A stretch of DNA of 64,000 bases from Eubacteriales bacterium (GTDB taxonomy: Bacteria > Bacillota > Clostridia > Oscillospirales > Oscillospiraceae), in NCBI GenBank assembly GCA_030533415.1, contig JAUNJE010000009.1, positions 9,268 through 73,267 of the forward strand. The letters are read 5' to 3'. The notes beneath the pieces are model-generated. The model was not told the DNA's origin. It was given only the letters and a program-made list of their open reading frames with translations, and did no database searches. This document shows, one piece after another, positions 26,509 through 36,954 of this stretch; position 1 is the stretch's first letter, and the number at the start of each line of letters is the position of its first letter. Both the position numbers and the translations under genes were made by a program.

Positions 26509-27848
26509 CTCGATTGTGTGGTCAGCTTGTCTACAAAATATACTGCTGCCAGCAGATCCGCACATCCGCCGGGGGAGAGGTTCCGCCGGATGAACTGGCT
26601 GTCCAGGTTTTCAATTTCCGCCAGAGCGGGAAAGGGGGCTTCCTTCAGCAGTTCTGCGGCCCAGGCCGCCCCTTCTGCCGCCCCTTCCGCGCCGCCCCGG
26701 GCGAGCATGTTGGTGTCCTCTACCTTGGCGATCAGGTGCAGAAGGGTTATGGCGCCGGCCGCATTGTGGTCAAGTCCCTGTTTCAGGCAGGCATAATAGG
26801 TGGGCAGGCCGATTTTTTCCACCGAAGGCAGCCCCCGGGCCGCCTCGCCCCGGATGCCAGGGATGCCCCGCTGCAGGTACAGCCTTTGGCCTGTGGTATC
26901 CCCGCTGCTGCTGCGCAGATCCTCCTGCATGGGAATCCTTGTCATGGCGGAAACCTCCCGGAACAGCGCTGCCGCGTTCCAGCGGGACTCCGGGTCCCAA
27001 AGCCGTCCCGCCGCCCCGCAGAGGATCCCCATGGTGAAGATGGCGCCTTTATGGGTGTTGACACCTCCTGTGGCCCGGTACATATCCTGCTCCGCCTGCA
27101 GTCCTTCCCTGCGAAGCTGCCGGAAGGTTTCCTCCGGGGCACAGCCGGCGGTTTCCATGCCGGTTTGCGCGCATTTTTGAAAATAAGGCGCCAATGCGGC
27201 GGCGCTGGCCAGAAAGGTAAAAATATCCATGTCTTTGTGGCTGCCGCAGTTGCGGCGGTCCACCAGTCCGGGCTTGGGGGTGGTGCACACCTCATCCAGA
27301 AGGCTTTGTACGGCCCAGGCGCCGATGCGTTTGGCGTCCTCCCGGGCGAAATGCTCCCGCAGAATCCGCTGGACAGCCTGCTGCAGTTGCCCGACGCTGT
27401 GACTGCGCCGGGAAGCGCATCCCCGGCCCGCCGCTCCGCAGACGATGCAGTCCCGGTTTCCGCCTCCAACCAAGGCCCGGTCCAGCTTATTGCCCTGGGC
27501 GTCCAGCACGTCCATGTCGAAGAGCCTGCCGAGAGCGGTTTCCTCCTCGATGGCGGTGGTGAGCTTTTTCAGGGAAAGGGCGTCCATGTTCACCGCGTAC
27601 ATGGCTTCGCAGCCGGTAACGGCGCAATGGGACGCGGAATAAAGAATACCGGACTTTGGCAGACGGTGTTCCAGCACATCACAGCCAAAGGCGAAAGCGC
27701 GGCGGATCAGAGGGGAGTCCTTCACAGGACCGGGAATATTCATGGTAAAGCACAGAAGCGGGGTGCGGAATTTCCGCAGCAGCCGCTGCTGCTCCATGGC
27801 CCGGCTCTCCCGGGCATCCAGCATTTCCATCAGGGTGACTTCCCGCAT
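26505..27848 (-). CDS. citXG: Fused holo-ACP synthase CitX / triphosphoribosyl-dephospho-CoA synthase CitG
   Basis: N-terminal LDARE.R, TMNIPGPVK, GRLFDMDV (CitX); C-terminal TPKPGLVD, GVNTHKGAIF, NLSPGGCADL (CitG). Confidence 0.93.
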   Translation of the reverse strand: MREVTLMEMLDARESRAMEQQRLLRKFRTPLLCFTMNIPGPVKDSPLIRRAFAFGCDVLEHRLPKSGILYSASHCAVTGCEAMYAVNMDALSLKKLTTAIEEETALGRLFDMDVLDAQGNKLDRALVGGGNRDCIVCGAAGRGCASRRSHSVGQLQQAVQRILREHFAREDAKRIGAWAVQSLLDEVCTTPKPGLVDRRNCGSHKDMDIFTFLASAAALAPYFQKCAQTGMETAGCAPEETFRQLRREGLQAEQDMYRATGGVNTHKGAIFTMGILCGAAGRLWDPESRWNAAALFREVSAMTRIPMQEDLRSSSGDTTGQRLYLQRGIPGIRGEAARGLPSVEKIGLPTYYACLKQGLDHNAAGAITLLHLIAKVEDTNMLARGGAEGAAEGAAWAAELLKEAPFPALAEIENLDSQFIRRNLSPGGCADLLAAVYFVDKLTTQSR

Positions 27849-27859
27849 AAACATACTCC

Positions 27860-28903
27860 TTAATAATGAATGACGTCCGGCGTGTTCCGAATGGCGGCGC
27901 GTACCGCCTCTGCCTGGGGGCTGGTAAAGTAGCGGTATGTGCTTTCCGGTACCAGCCTGCGGATATCCTCCACCCGTCCGTCATGGATGGCCTGGCGGAC
28001 GGTGCTGGCGCTGATGATGCCGCCATCCGCCCGGAGCCGGGGGACAATATGGCAATCCATGCCAAGCACCGGAAGACGGGCGGCCATAATTTCATTGTAC
28101 AGCGCGGTGACATGGCTGGATGTTTCTTCTCCCACATACCGGCGCTGAATGCCGAGACACTGGGCGATCCGGGAAAAAACCGTCAGGTCCAAAGCGGCCT
28201 GGGTGCGGATCACGGTGTCGCTGTCCTTGAGAAAATAGCTGGGGAAGGTGGCGGAGCTGATCATATAGGGGCCGGATTCGTGAAGGACCACATTGGGAAA
28301 CTCCGCGGTCCCTTCCTCGGCCAGCCTTCGGCGGACGGCATGGGGAATGGGACCGGCTTCTTCGCTGAGCAGAAACAGGTGGACCACGTCGTTTTCTTCG
28401 CTGGCCTGTTGGACCAGATAGCGGTGTCCCAGGGTGAAGGGATTGGCATTCATGACGATGGCGGCAATGCGGTCTGCCTCTACCCGCTTTTTTTGCAGGG
28501 CAGCGCAGTAGCTGCAAAAGCCGTTCCGCCTGTTTTCCATAAACACCAGGTCATTGCCGGCCCGGGCAATTTCGTAAAAGCCCAGGCTGGTCATGAATTT
28601 GGCGGAGCCGGCCTTGGTATACAGAAACAGGTGGGTGTTGCCCCTGGTGAGCTGCACCTCCACCAGGTGCCCTATGATTCGGTTCAGCAGCCCTTCCCCC
28701 TGATGCTCCTGGGATACCGCAAGGCAGCGAAGGGTGCTGGCAAAGCAGCTTCCGGTGGCAATCAGCACTTCGTTTTCGTCAAAAATGCCGCAGGAATAGT
28801 CGAGACAGCGGTCCCGGCGAATCCCCTCCGCTTCCAGCAGGCGGTCCATTTGGGCCTGGGCAAAGCGGTCCCCGGGGGATATGGCGCATAGCGTATCAGA
28901 CAT
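27860..28903 (-). CDS. citC: [Citrate (pro-3S)-lyase] ligase
   Basis: GNAT-like N-terminus, IVMNANPFTLGH, YMISSATFPSYFLK, ISAS.VR. Confidence 0.95.
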   Translation of the reverse strand: MSDTLCAISPGDRFAQAQMDRLLEAEGIRRDRCLDYSCGIFDENEVLIATGSCFASTLRCLAVSQEHQGEGLLNRIIGHLVEVQLTRGNTHLFLYTKAGSAKFMTSLGFYEIARAGNDLVFMENRRNGFCSYCAALQKKRVEADRIAAIVMNANPFTLGHRYLVQQASEENDVVHLFLLSEEAGPIPHAVRRRLAEEGTAEFPNVVLHESGPYMISSATFPSYFLKDSDTVIRTQAALDLTVFSRIAQCLGIQRRYVGEETSSHVTALYNEIMAARLPVLGMDCHIVPRLRADGGIISASTVRQAIHDGRVEDIRRLVPESTYRYFTSPQAEAVRAAIRNTPDVIHY

Positions 28904-29031
28904 GGAAATCACCTTTTTTCTGTCAGTATAACATATTTCAGCAGGGAAGTTCAAGTATAGAACCAAGCCCCGGCCCCAATATGGGAACCGGGGCTTGGCA
29001 TGGAGGAAGCTATCTGCTGTGATGGGGCTGC

Positions 29032-30396
29032 TTACAGGGGCATGATGCCGACGAGGATGGCAAAGACCATGCACAGGAAGGAGAAGCCCCAAACCCACAG
29101 GAAGGAATTCTTGATGTGGTCCTTGATGTCCACATCCGCCAGGCCCACACCCAGCAGTGTGGCGGGGACCATGGGGCTGATGAAGGTGGCGCAGTTGCGG
29201 CAGACCACCATTGCCACACCGATGGAAACCGGATCGATGCCGAAGCCCTGACCGATGCCGATCATGACGGGCAGCATGCCATAGAAATAGGAGTCGGTGT
29301 CGAAGGCCAGAGCCAGCGGTACGGACAGAATGCCGATGACCAGGGGCAGATGGCGGCCCAGGAAGGCGGGCAGGATCATCTTAATCAGATCGGCCATGCA
29401 GGTGACAACGCTGGGAATCTCCGTGTCGCCTACGGTAACGCTCTTGACCAGTACGCCCATGAGGACAGCGGCGCCCATCAGGGTAGAGCACATCATCAGT
29501 GCGGGACCGGCGTGGGCATTGATGATCTTTTTCTGCATTTTGGCGCCGGGGTAGTTGACCAGTATGGCAATGGCGACGCCCAGCATGAAGGGCACATAGC
29601 TGGGGAACTCATCCCAAATCAGCAGGGCAATGACGGCCACGGTCAGAATGATGTTGAACAGGAACAGCTTGGGACGGGCCAGCTCGCTGGCAGCGGCGGC
29701 TTCCGCTTCATCCAGGACGACCTCGCCCTCGATCTGCGCCAGTTTGCCGTCCAGTCCGGCGCCCCGCTTCTTTTCCAGAATGCCGACGATAACGGCATGT
29801 ACCAGAGCCAGAATGACGCCGAAAATCTGGATGGGGATCAGGGTGCCCCACAGCTCTCCCGCTTCCATGCCCAGCACGGAGGCGGCGCGCATGGTGGGGC
29901 CGGCCCAGGGCATCAGGTTCAGCACGCCCATGGCCAGAACAGCGACCTGCAGCAGGCTGGTGGGCTTCATATGCATCTTCTTATAGATGGGCAGCATGGC
30001 GGGAACAACGATGCAGAAGGTGGAGGCGCCGCCGCCGTCCAGGTGGCCGATCAGGGCGATGATGCAGGTCATAACGGTAACGCCAATGACATTGCCGCCT
30101 ACCAGCTTCATCAGCTTTCCGATGATGACATCAAACATGCCCGCGTCGGTCATGATGCCGAAGTACAGTACGGAGAAGACGAACAGGGCCGCAGTGGGGC
30201 CGGTGCTGCCGAAGCCGGATTTGATCAGGGCAGCCACATTGCCGAAGCTGTAATAGCCGCCGATCACCAGGATAACGGCCAGAATGGCGGGGAACACAAT
30301 GAAGGCGATGCTGGGCAGGGTCTTGCTTTTGAACAGGGTCAGCACAATGGCCGCGATGGTCAGAAAACCAAGAATGCCAACGATGGTTTCGTTCAT
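29032..30396 (-). CDS. CitMHS-family citrate transporter
   Basis: YFGIMTDAGMFD, HLDGGGA, NLMPWAGPT.R, DSYFYG.LP; within the cit cluster. Confidence 0.9.
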   Translation of the reverse strand: MNETIVGILGFLTIAAIVLTLFKSKTLPSIAFIVFPAILAVILVIGGYYSFGNVAALIKSGFGSTGPTAALFVFSVLYFGIMTDAGMFDVIIGKLMKLVGGNVIGVTVMTCIIALIGHLDGGGASTFCIVVPAMLPIYKKMHMKPTSLLQVAVLAMGVLNLMPWAGPTMRAASVLGMEAGELWGTLIPIQIFGVILALVHAVIVGILEKKRGAGLDGKLAQIEGEVVLDEAEAAAASELARPKLFLFNIILTVAVIALLIWDEFPSYVPFMLGVAIAILVNYPGAKMQKKIINAHAGPALMMCSTLMGAAVLMGVLVKSVTVGDTEIPSVVTCMADLIKMILPAFLGRHLPLVIGILSVPLALAFDTDSYFYGMLPVMIGIGQGFGIDPVSIGVAMVVCRNCATFISPMVPATLLGVGLADVDIKDHIKNSFLWVWGFSFLCMVFAILVGIMPL

Positions 30397-30601
30397 GATT
30401 GGTACCTCTTTCTTTTGTTTTTATTTTTCCGGGCAGCCGCGCTTGCCCGGCAGATTACCATTTTAAGCGGCTGGAATGAAAAAGCAGCTAACCGGAATTT
30501 GACAAAAATTGAATAATGTAATTTGAATTTAGAGGCCAGCTGCTTTTCCATACCGGCACGGTTTCCTTCGGAAGGGGCCCCCCTCCGGGTAAGGACATTT
30601 G

Positions 30602-32158
30602 TTACAGCTCCAGGGGCTTGATTTTGCGGACTACATCCAAGATGGTGCCATCCCGGGCTTCCAGAACCGCCACTACCTTGTCCTCCCACTCCAGGTCGTC
30701 GGGACGGCCCACCAGGGAGTAGGCTTTTTCCTTCAGGCTCTCGATGGTGACGTGGGGAATGCCTGCCTTGTCCAGGCATTCGATCAAATCCGGACGCAGG
30801 GGATTGACCGCGATGCCGTAGTCCGTTACCAGCACATCCACGCAGTCGCCGGGGGTGGTGACCGTGACCACCTTCTCGCACACCGTGGCCATCCGGCCCC
30901 GGGTCAGAGGGGTGACGATGATGCAGACCTTGCTGCCTGCTGCTGTGTCGGGGTGGCCGCCGGGGGCACCCCGGAGAATTCCGTCAGAACCAGTCAGGAC
31001 GTTGACGTTGAAGCCGGTGTCGATTTCCAGAGCTGCCAGCACCACGAAATCCAGCTTGTTGACGAAGGCTCCCTTGTTGGCGGGGTTGGCGTACTGGGAA
31101 GCGGACATTTCATAGTGGCCGGGAGTTTGGTTGATGGAATTGACGGCATCTAAGTCAAAGTCCTGGACATCAATGACCTTTTGGACCTTCCCCTTTTTCA
31201 GCAGCTCCACCATGGGACCGCAGATACCGCCGATGGCCCAGCCCATTTTGATATTCCGCTCATCCATATATTTTTCCAGGAACAGGTTGGCCGCCAGGCT
31301 GGGGCCGCCTACACCGGTCTGGAAGGAAAAACCGTCCTTAAAATAGGGGGTGGAGGCGATGACCTTCGCCACATTCTCCGCCATCATCAGGTCCCGGGGG
31401 TTCTGGCTGATCCGGGCGGCAGCGGAGGCAATCTTCTTGGGATTGCCGATGGAATCCACCACAACCACCGCGTCCACGTCAATGGCCTCTACCGATGCGG
31501 GGAAGTTGGGGAAATCCACCAGGCAGTCTGTGACCACCACCACATGGTCGGCGTATTTGGCGTCGGTCATGGCGTAGCCCATGGAGCCGCAGTTGCTCTT
31601 TCCGCCGATGCCCCGGCAGTTGCCCACGCAATCGGCAGTGGGGGCGGCGATAAAAGCGATATCAATGTGGACTTCTCCGGCCTCGATGGCCCGGGGACGT
31701 CCGCCGTGGCTGCGGATGATGGCGGGGGTTTTCAGCTTCCCGGCGGAAACCACTTCCCCCATCCGTCCCCGGATGCCGGAGGTCTGGATGCCGGTGACCT
31801 TGCCCTGCTCGATGTAGTCGGCAATGGGATCATGGGCATTGCCCAGGGAGGTGGCGGCGATGGTCAGGTCCTTCAGCCCCAGCTCCTCAATGGCGGCCTT
31901 CATGACCATGTTTACCACATAGTCTCCGTCCCGCAGATGGTGGTGGAAGGAGAAGGTCATGCCGTCCTTTGCGCCGCAGTGCTTCAGGGCATCCACCAGG
32001 GTCTCCACGATTTTGGATTCCTGGGGCTTTTCGTAACGGCGGGTTCTGGGGGAGGCCTTCTGGATATACTTGCCGTCCATATAATTTTTGCCCTGATAGC
32101 CCTGCTTGCCGTTTCTCAGCAGTTCATCGGGAATTTCACGTCCTACCGCGTTTCTCAT
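30602..32158 (-). CDS. citF: Citrate lyase alpha subunit (citrate-ACP transferase)
   Basis: SFHHHLRDGD, SHGGR, FSFQTG, GGHPDTAAG, VLVTDYGIAVNP. Confidence 0.97.
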   Translation of the reverse strand: MRNAVGREIPDELLRNGKQGYQGKNYMDGKYIQKASPRTRRYEKPQESKIVETLVDALKHCGAKDGMTFSFHHHLRDGDYVVNMVMKAAIEELGLKDLTIAATSLGNAHDPIADYIEQGKVTGIQTSGIRGRMGEVVSAGKLKTPAIIRSHGGRPRAIEAGEVHIDIAFIAAPTADCVGNCRGIGGKSNCGSMGYAMTDAKYADHVVVVTDCLVDFPNFPASVEAIDVDAVVVVDSIGNPKKIASAAARISQNPRDLMMAENVAKVIASTPYFKDGFSFQTGVGGPSLAANLFLEKYMDERNIKMGWAIGGICGPMVELLKKGKVQKVIDVQDFDLDAVNSINQTPGHYEMSASQYANPANKGAFVNKLDFVVLAALEIDTGFNVNVLTGSDGILRGAPGGHPDTAAGSKVCIIVTPLTRGRMATVCEKVVTVTTPGDCVDVLVTDYGIAVNPLRPDLIECLDKAGIPHVTIESLKEKAYSLVGRPDDLEWEDKVVAVLEARDGTILDVVRKIKPLEL

Positions 32159-33069
32159 ACCAAATCCCCCTCATACATACCGCAGGCCCGCGCCAGCCGG
32201 AGCGTCCGCTCCGCGCCGGGAATAAAGGCCACGTCGATCATTTTTCCGTCCACGGTGAAAACGCCCACACCGGCAGCGGACTGCTCCCGGAAGGCCCGGA
32301 GGATCTTCTCCGCCTGGCGGACTTCCTTTTCCGTAGGCGCGAAAACCTCATGCACCAGCCGAATCTGCTTGGGGTTGATCAGGCTCTTGCCGTCAAAGCC
32401 CATGGCCTTGTTCTGCAGGACCTCCGCCCGGAAGCCTGCTTCGTTGTCAAGGTCCGTAAACACCGTGTCGAAGCACTGGATGCCTGCGGCTCTTGCCGCC
32501 AGCAGCATTTGGCCTCTCGCCGCCAGCATGTCCACGCCGTCGGGCTGGAAGGAGGTCTGCATGCACTTGCGGAAATCGCCGCCGGAGATGGCCACGCCGA
32601 ACATGCGCTCAGAGGCGGAACAGATTTCGTAGGCGTTCAGAATGCCCTTGGGGCTTTCCAGGGCGGCCATCAGCAGGGTGCGGCCCACCTCTGCGCCGAA
32701 TTCCCGTTCCGCCGCTTCCACGGCGGCTTCCACGGTGTGAACGTCCTTTGCGCTTTCGCATTTGGCGATGCGGATGCCGTCGGCGCCGCCCGCCACACAT
32801 ACCCGGATGTCCTCCTGCCAGTGGGGCGTATCCAGGCCGTTGATCCGCACAATGACCTCGGTATTGCCGTAGTCAATGGTGGTCAGGGCGTGGTACAGGG
32901 AGAAGCGGGCGGCATCCTTCTGGTTTTCCGCCACCGCGTCCTCCAGGTCCAGCATGATGGAGTCGCAGCCGTAGATGTAGGCGTCCTTGATCAGGCCCGG
33001 TTTCTGGGCATTCATGAACATCATGGTCCGGCGCAGGCGGAACCGCTCGGGCTTGGGTCTTTGGATCAT
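32155..33069 (-). CDS. citE: Citrate lyase beta subunit
   Basis: RLRRTMMF, DLEDAV, VRINGL, GFDGKSLINP, DGKMID; overlaps citD and citF ends. Confidence 0.95.
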   Translation of the reverse strand: MIQRPKPERFRLRRTMMFMNAQKPGLIKDAYIYGCDSIMLDLEDAVAENQKDAARFSLYHALTTIDYGNTEVIVRINGLDTPHWQEDIRVCVAGGADGIRIAKCESAKDVHTVEAAVEAAEREFGAEVGRTLLMAALESPKGILNAYEICSASERMFGVAISGGDFRKCMQTSFQPDGVDMLAARGQMLLAARAAGIQCFDTVFTDLDNEAGFRAEVLQNKAMGFDGKSLINPKQIRLVHEVFAPTEKEVRQAEKILRAFREQSAAGVGVFTVDGKMIDVAFIPGAERTLRLARACGMYEGDLV

Positions 33070-33365
33070 CTGACAGCACCTCCCCAGGGAATGTTGGATG
33101 CCGATGCGCCGCAGCTGCGGTAGACCGCGCATTCCACTCTGGCTTTCAGGGTGCAGTCCAGGGCGCCCTTGTCCACCACGGTAACGCAGGCGTCCTTCAC
33201 TTCCAGCCGTTCCAGGGTTTCCAGAACCGTGGCCTTGATTTGGCGGCCGTACTGGTTCATGACGCTGCTGCTTAAATCCAGAGTGATGCCCTGTCCAGGC
33301 TCCACGGTGACGAGACAGTCGCTGGATTCCAGGGTGCCGGCAGCGGCGGATTTGAGAATTTCCAT
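33066..33365 (-). CDS. citD: Citrate lyase acyl carrier protein (gamma subunit)
   Basis: AAAGTLESSD, DKGALDCTLKAR. Confidence 0.95.
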   Translation of the reverse strand: MEILKSAAAGTLESSDCLVTVEPGQGITLDLSSSVMNQYGRQIKATVLETLERLEVKDACVTVVDKGALDCTLKARVECAVYRSCGASASNIPWGGAVR

Positions 33366-33578
33366 GCTGTTTCCTCCATTCGGTTTTGTTTTTTCCTTTG
33401 TCCACATTCTAACAGGGCTTTCTAATAATTGCAAATATATGTATTATGATGCAAACTATAATAAAAAGGTTATAATTCGGCGGTTTTTCTTGACTTTTAT
33501 AAGAAAAAGATTATGATATAGATAGGAATATTATAATCTTTTTTGTTATATTGCACCAATTTGGGGAGGGGCAATTTT

Positions 33579-34508
33579 ATGAACCTGAAGCAGGCACAAT
33601 ATGTCAAAACCATTGCCGAGTGCGGCAGCATCACTGCCGCTGCCAAAAAGCTGTTTGTCAGCCAGCCTTCCCTGAGCCAGATGCTCCGCCAAATCGAGCA
33701 GGAAATCGGACTTCCGGTTTTTGACAGGAGCACGTCGCCCCTGCGCCTGACCTATGCGGGGGAAAAGTACCTGCACGCGGCGGAGCGGATGCTGGCGGCA
33801 AACGCGGAGCTGGAAAGCCAGCTCCGGGAGATTCGGCAGGAGCACTCCGGCCGTCTGCGGCTGGGCATCAGCGTCACCCGGGCCATGCAGGTCATGCCGC
33901 TGGTGCTGCCAGTTTTTACGGAACAATATCCCAACGTATCGCTGGAAATGACGGAAAGCGGCTCCGCTACCCTGGAGCAGCTGCTGCAGGCAGGGGAAAT
34001 CGACCTGGCTCTGGCGGCCCTGGAATCCACCAGCACCGGCATGGCCTACCAGCTGATCGAAAAGGAAACCATCGGGATCCTGGCAGGCAGGGATTCCGCC
34101 ATCGCCAGGCGCTTTGTTTCGGGGACCCCGGTGACCCTGGCAGCTGCGGAAGGGGACAGCTTTGTATGTCTGACCAAAAGTCATTCCGCCCGGATCATTC
34201 AGGACAAGCTGTTCCGGCGGGGGAATTTCACGCCCCATGTGCTGCTGGAAACCGACTCTTTGGAGGTGGGGCGCCGGGTGGCGCTGGAAACCGGGAGCTG
34301 CATGATTCTGTCCAATATCTATGTGGATGATTATGTGCGGCAGAGGCGGGGCGAATTCTTCCCGCTGAAGGACTACGAAAACCACCGCCATTTTTATGCC
34401 TGTTACAGAAAGGACGAATTTGTCCCCAGGTACACCAGGGATTTTATTGAAATCACTGCCCGGGCATTGGCCAGGCAGCGGGAAAAGGATATGGCGTTTC
34501 GGATTTGA
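33579..34508 (+). CDS. LysR-family regulator divergent from the cit operon
   Basis: SITAAAKKLFVSQPSLSQ HTH; ~309 aa. Confidence 0.93.
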   Translation: MNLKQAQYVKTIAECGSITAAAKKLFVSQPSLSQMLRQIEQEIGLPVFDRSTSPLRLTYAGEKYLHAAERMLAANAELESQLREIRQEHSGRLRLGISVTRAMQVMPLVLPVFTEQYPNVSLEMTESGSATLEQLLQAGEIDLALAALESTSTGMAYQLIEKETIGILAGRDSAIARRFVSGTPVTLAAAEGDSFVCLTKSHSARIIQDKLFRRGNFTPHVLLETDSLEVGRRVALETGSCMILSNIYVDDYVRQRRGEFFPLKDYENHRHFYACYRKDEFVPRYTRDFIEITARALARQREKDMAFRI

Positions 34509-34600
34509 TCAGGAAATGGTGTTCGTTGAATATCAGGATAAGGACGCTATGGGATAAAAAATGCCGCCCCTCAGGGGGCGGCATCCTTGCTGGCCACTGA

Positions 34601-34656
34601 TATTCCGTTAAAAAATTTTATTCGTCAGAATGGAACTTTTTATAAAGAAACAGTAT
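34601..34656 (+). repeat. Repeat family A, short (empty-site-like) copy
   Basis: TATTCCGTTAAAAAATTTTATTCGTCAGAATGGAACTTTTTATAAAGAAACAGTAT matches the two flanks of 11232-11374 joined together. Confidence 0.7.
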
Positions 34657-34700
34657 GAATGTGAATCAATAGTTGAAACAGTGAAAGCATTCTGAACGGC

Positions 34701-34820
34701 TGTCATCCTGAGGGTCGCCGCCAAAGGCGGCGGAGTCGAAGGATCTTCGCATTTGCTTTTTCTTGGTACGTAACTTAAGTGCCAAGATCCTTCGACTCGC
34801 TCCGCTCGCTCAGGATGACA
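34701..34820. repeat. REP-like inverted doublet
   Basis: TGTCATCCTGAG...GAGTCGAAGGATCTT ... AAGATCCTTCGACTC...CTCAGGATGACA. Confidence 0.8.
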
Positions 34821-34922
34821 ACTGGTGTGTTTTCCCGTTTTTTCCAAACAATTTAACTCTTGATTCGCATTATTAGAGTGCGGATATGGGGAAGATAGCA
34901 GGCAGAGCGGAGGACCGTTGGG

Positions 34923-36131
34923 CTATACTGCGGGCAGCTGTACGAAAAAGGTATTGATACCGTCCGTGCTTTCTGCCCAGATCTTTCCTCCGTGCTCTTT
35001 TACAATGCTGTCGGCAATGGACAGGCCGAGACCATAGCTGTGGTTCATACTGCGGGCCTTGTCAATGCGGTAGAAGCGCTTGAAGATATTTTTCAGGTCC
35101 TCCTTGCTGATGGGACTGCCGGGACTGGACACCGCCAGCAGACAGTGGCTGCCCTGCCGCTTTGCCCGTACCGTAACGGTTCCGTTGGGGGTGGAATATT
35201 TGGCCGCGTTGTCCAGCAGAATGTCCAGCACCTGCTTTAGGTGGGACTGGCTGCCCTTGACACGGAGTCCGTCCTCAATTTCGCTTTCCAGCACCAGCTC
35301 TTTTTCAAAGTATACCGGCTCGAAGGGCAGCAGTCCGTCGGATACCAGCTCGCCGAAATCCAGCGGGGAAAATACCATTTTTGCCGCGCCGTTGTCCACC
35401 CTTGCCAGCTCCAGAAGGCTTTCCACCAGGCCCCGCATCTGATGGGACATGGTCAGAATACTGTCCGCAAACCGGTCCCGTTCCGTTTCGCCGTAGTTCG
35501 GAGACTGCAGCAGCTCCGCGTTGGTCATGATCACCGTCAAAGGAGTCTTCAGCTCATGGGAAGCGTCCGCCACGAACTGGCGCTGCTGGTTCCAGGCCCG
35601 TTCCACCGGGCGTATGGCCCACCGCGCCAGCAGAAAGCTCAGGCAAAGAAAGAGGGAAAAGCTGATCAAACCGATGAAAATACAGCTTTTTACCAGGCTG
35701 CGCATGGTGGCCAGCTCGCTGGATATGTCCACAAAGACGATGGATTGGCCCATCGGGGTGGTTTTCTTGCTGAAGCGCAGATTGTACTGGCTGAGCAGGC
35801 CCGTTTCCTCACCGGTGTTGCTGGCCAGCAGAATGATTTCCAGAATCGCGGTTTTGTCGGTCAGGTCGTAATAGCCGCCGGAGGCTGCCATCAGCTCCCC
35901 GCTTCGGTTGATGCTCACCAGAAAGAAGGGCAGCTGGACTTCTCCGGGGACTTCTCCCGGGCGCCACAGCTGACTGGGGTTGCTGTCCATTAGGGTCTGC
36001 ATCGTCCGAAGGCTCTGCTCCTCCAGATTGTCCCGGGTAAAATGGAGCACCATGCCGAAGATCACCAGGAGCATCACCGTAACGATGACCATATTGATAC
36101 ACACAAATTTGATTCTGAGGCGTTTGATCAC
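34923..36131 (-). CDS. Sensor histidine kinase
   Basis: Two TM segments, ASHELKTPL H-box, LLDNAAKY N-box, FYR.D, GLGLSI. Confidence 0.95.
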   Translation of the reverse strand: MIKRLRIKFVCINMVIVTVMLLVIFGMVLHFTRDNLEEQSLRTMQTLMDSNPSQLWRPGEVPGEVQLPFFLVSINRSGELMAASGGYYDLTDKTAILEIILLASNTGEETGLLSQYNLRFSKKTTPMGQSIVFVDISSELATMRSLVKSCIFIGLISFSLFLCLSFLLARWAIRPVERAWNQQRQFVADASHELKTPLTVIMTNAELLQSPNYGETERDRFADSILTMSHQMRGLVESLLELARVDNGAAKMVFSPLDFGELVSDGLLPFEPVYFEKELVLESEIEDGLRVKGSQSHLKQVLDILLDNAAKYSTPNGTVTVRAKRQGSHCLLAVSSPGSPISKEDLKNIFKRFYRIDKARSMNHSYGLGLSIADSIVKEHGGKIWAESTDGINTFFVQLPAV

Positions 36132-36802
36132 TCCCCGTCCACCTCCAAATGGTAACCCAGCCGCCGGATGGCTTCGATGCGTACATTGGAGCCGATGGCC
36201 TTTAGCTTTTTCCGCAGGAAGCCCACATAGACCTCCACATGATTTTCCACCGCGTTGGAGTCATACCCCCATACCCTGGCCAAAATCATTTCCTTGGACA
36301 AGATCCGGTCCTGGGCCTGCAGCAAAAAGCGCATAACATCGAATTCCCGGGCGGACAGGCGCACGGACTTGCCGCCGCAGACCAGGGTGCAGGTGTCCAG
36401 GTCCAGGGCGGTGTTGCCGAATACCAGTTCATCCACCTGTTTGCCCTGGCGCCGCAGCAGGGCGTTGATGCAGGCCAGCAGTTCCCGGGTATCAAAAGGC
36501 TTTGTCAGGTAATAATCCGCGCCGGAATTCAGTCCAAGGATGCGGTCCTCCACGGCCGACTTTGCCGTCAGCATCAGGATGGAGGTGGTGCAGCGCTTGG
36601 ACCGCACATGCCGGGCCACCTGATAGCCGTCCATACCGGGCATCATTACATCCAGAATCAGCAGGTCATAAATGCCCAGCTCCGCATATTCCGCGCCGGT
36701 CTCGCCGTCATAGGCCGCTTCCACTTCAAAGCCCTTGCTTTCCAGCAGGGTCTTGATGGAATCTGCCAGCAGCCGTTCGTCTTCGATTACCAGAATTTTC
36801 AT
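36128..36802 (-). CDS. OmpR-family response regulator
   Basis: VIEDE, LDVMMP, LTAK, KPF, wHTH C-terminus. Confidence 0.96.
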   Translation of the reverse strand: MKILVIEDERLLADSIKTLLESKGFEVEAAYDGETGAEYAELGIYDLLILDVMMPGMDGYQVARHVRSKRCTTSILMLTAKSAVEDRILGLNSGADYYLTKPFDTRELLACINALLRRQGKQVDELVFGNTALDLDTCTLVCGGKSVRLSAREFDVMRFLLQAQDRILSKEMILARVWGYDSNAVENHVEVYVGFLRKKLKAIGSNVRIEAIRRLGYHLEVDGE

Positions 36803-36954
36803 AATACAGTCCTCCGCAGTATTTCTATTGTATTATAATAGCAAATTCTGCTGAATCAAAGCTGAAAAAATATTTGTTTACAGTTCTTTTACTTTTTTCT
36901 TTCGCTGCGGTACGTCAAAAGACGGAACCCCCAAAAGGAGATTCCGTCTTTTGG

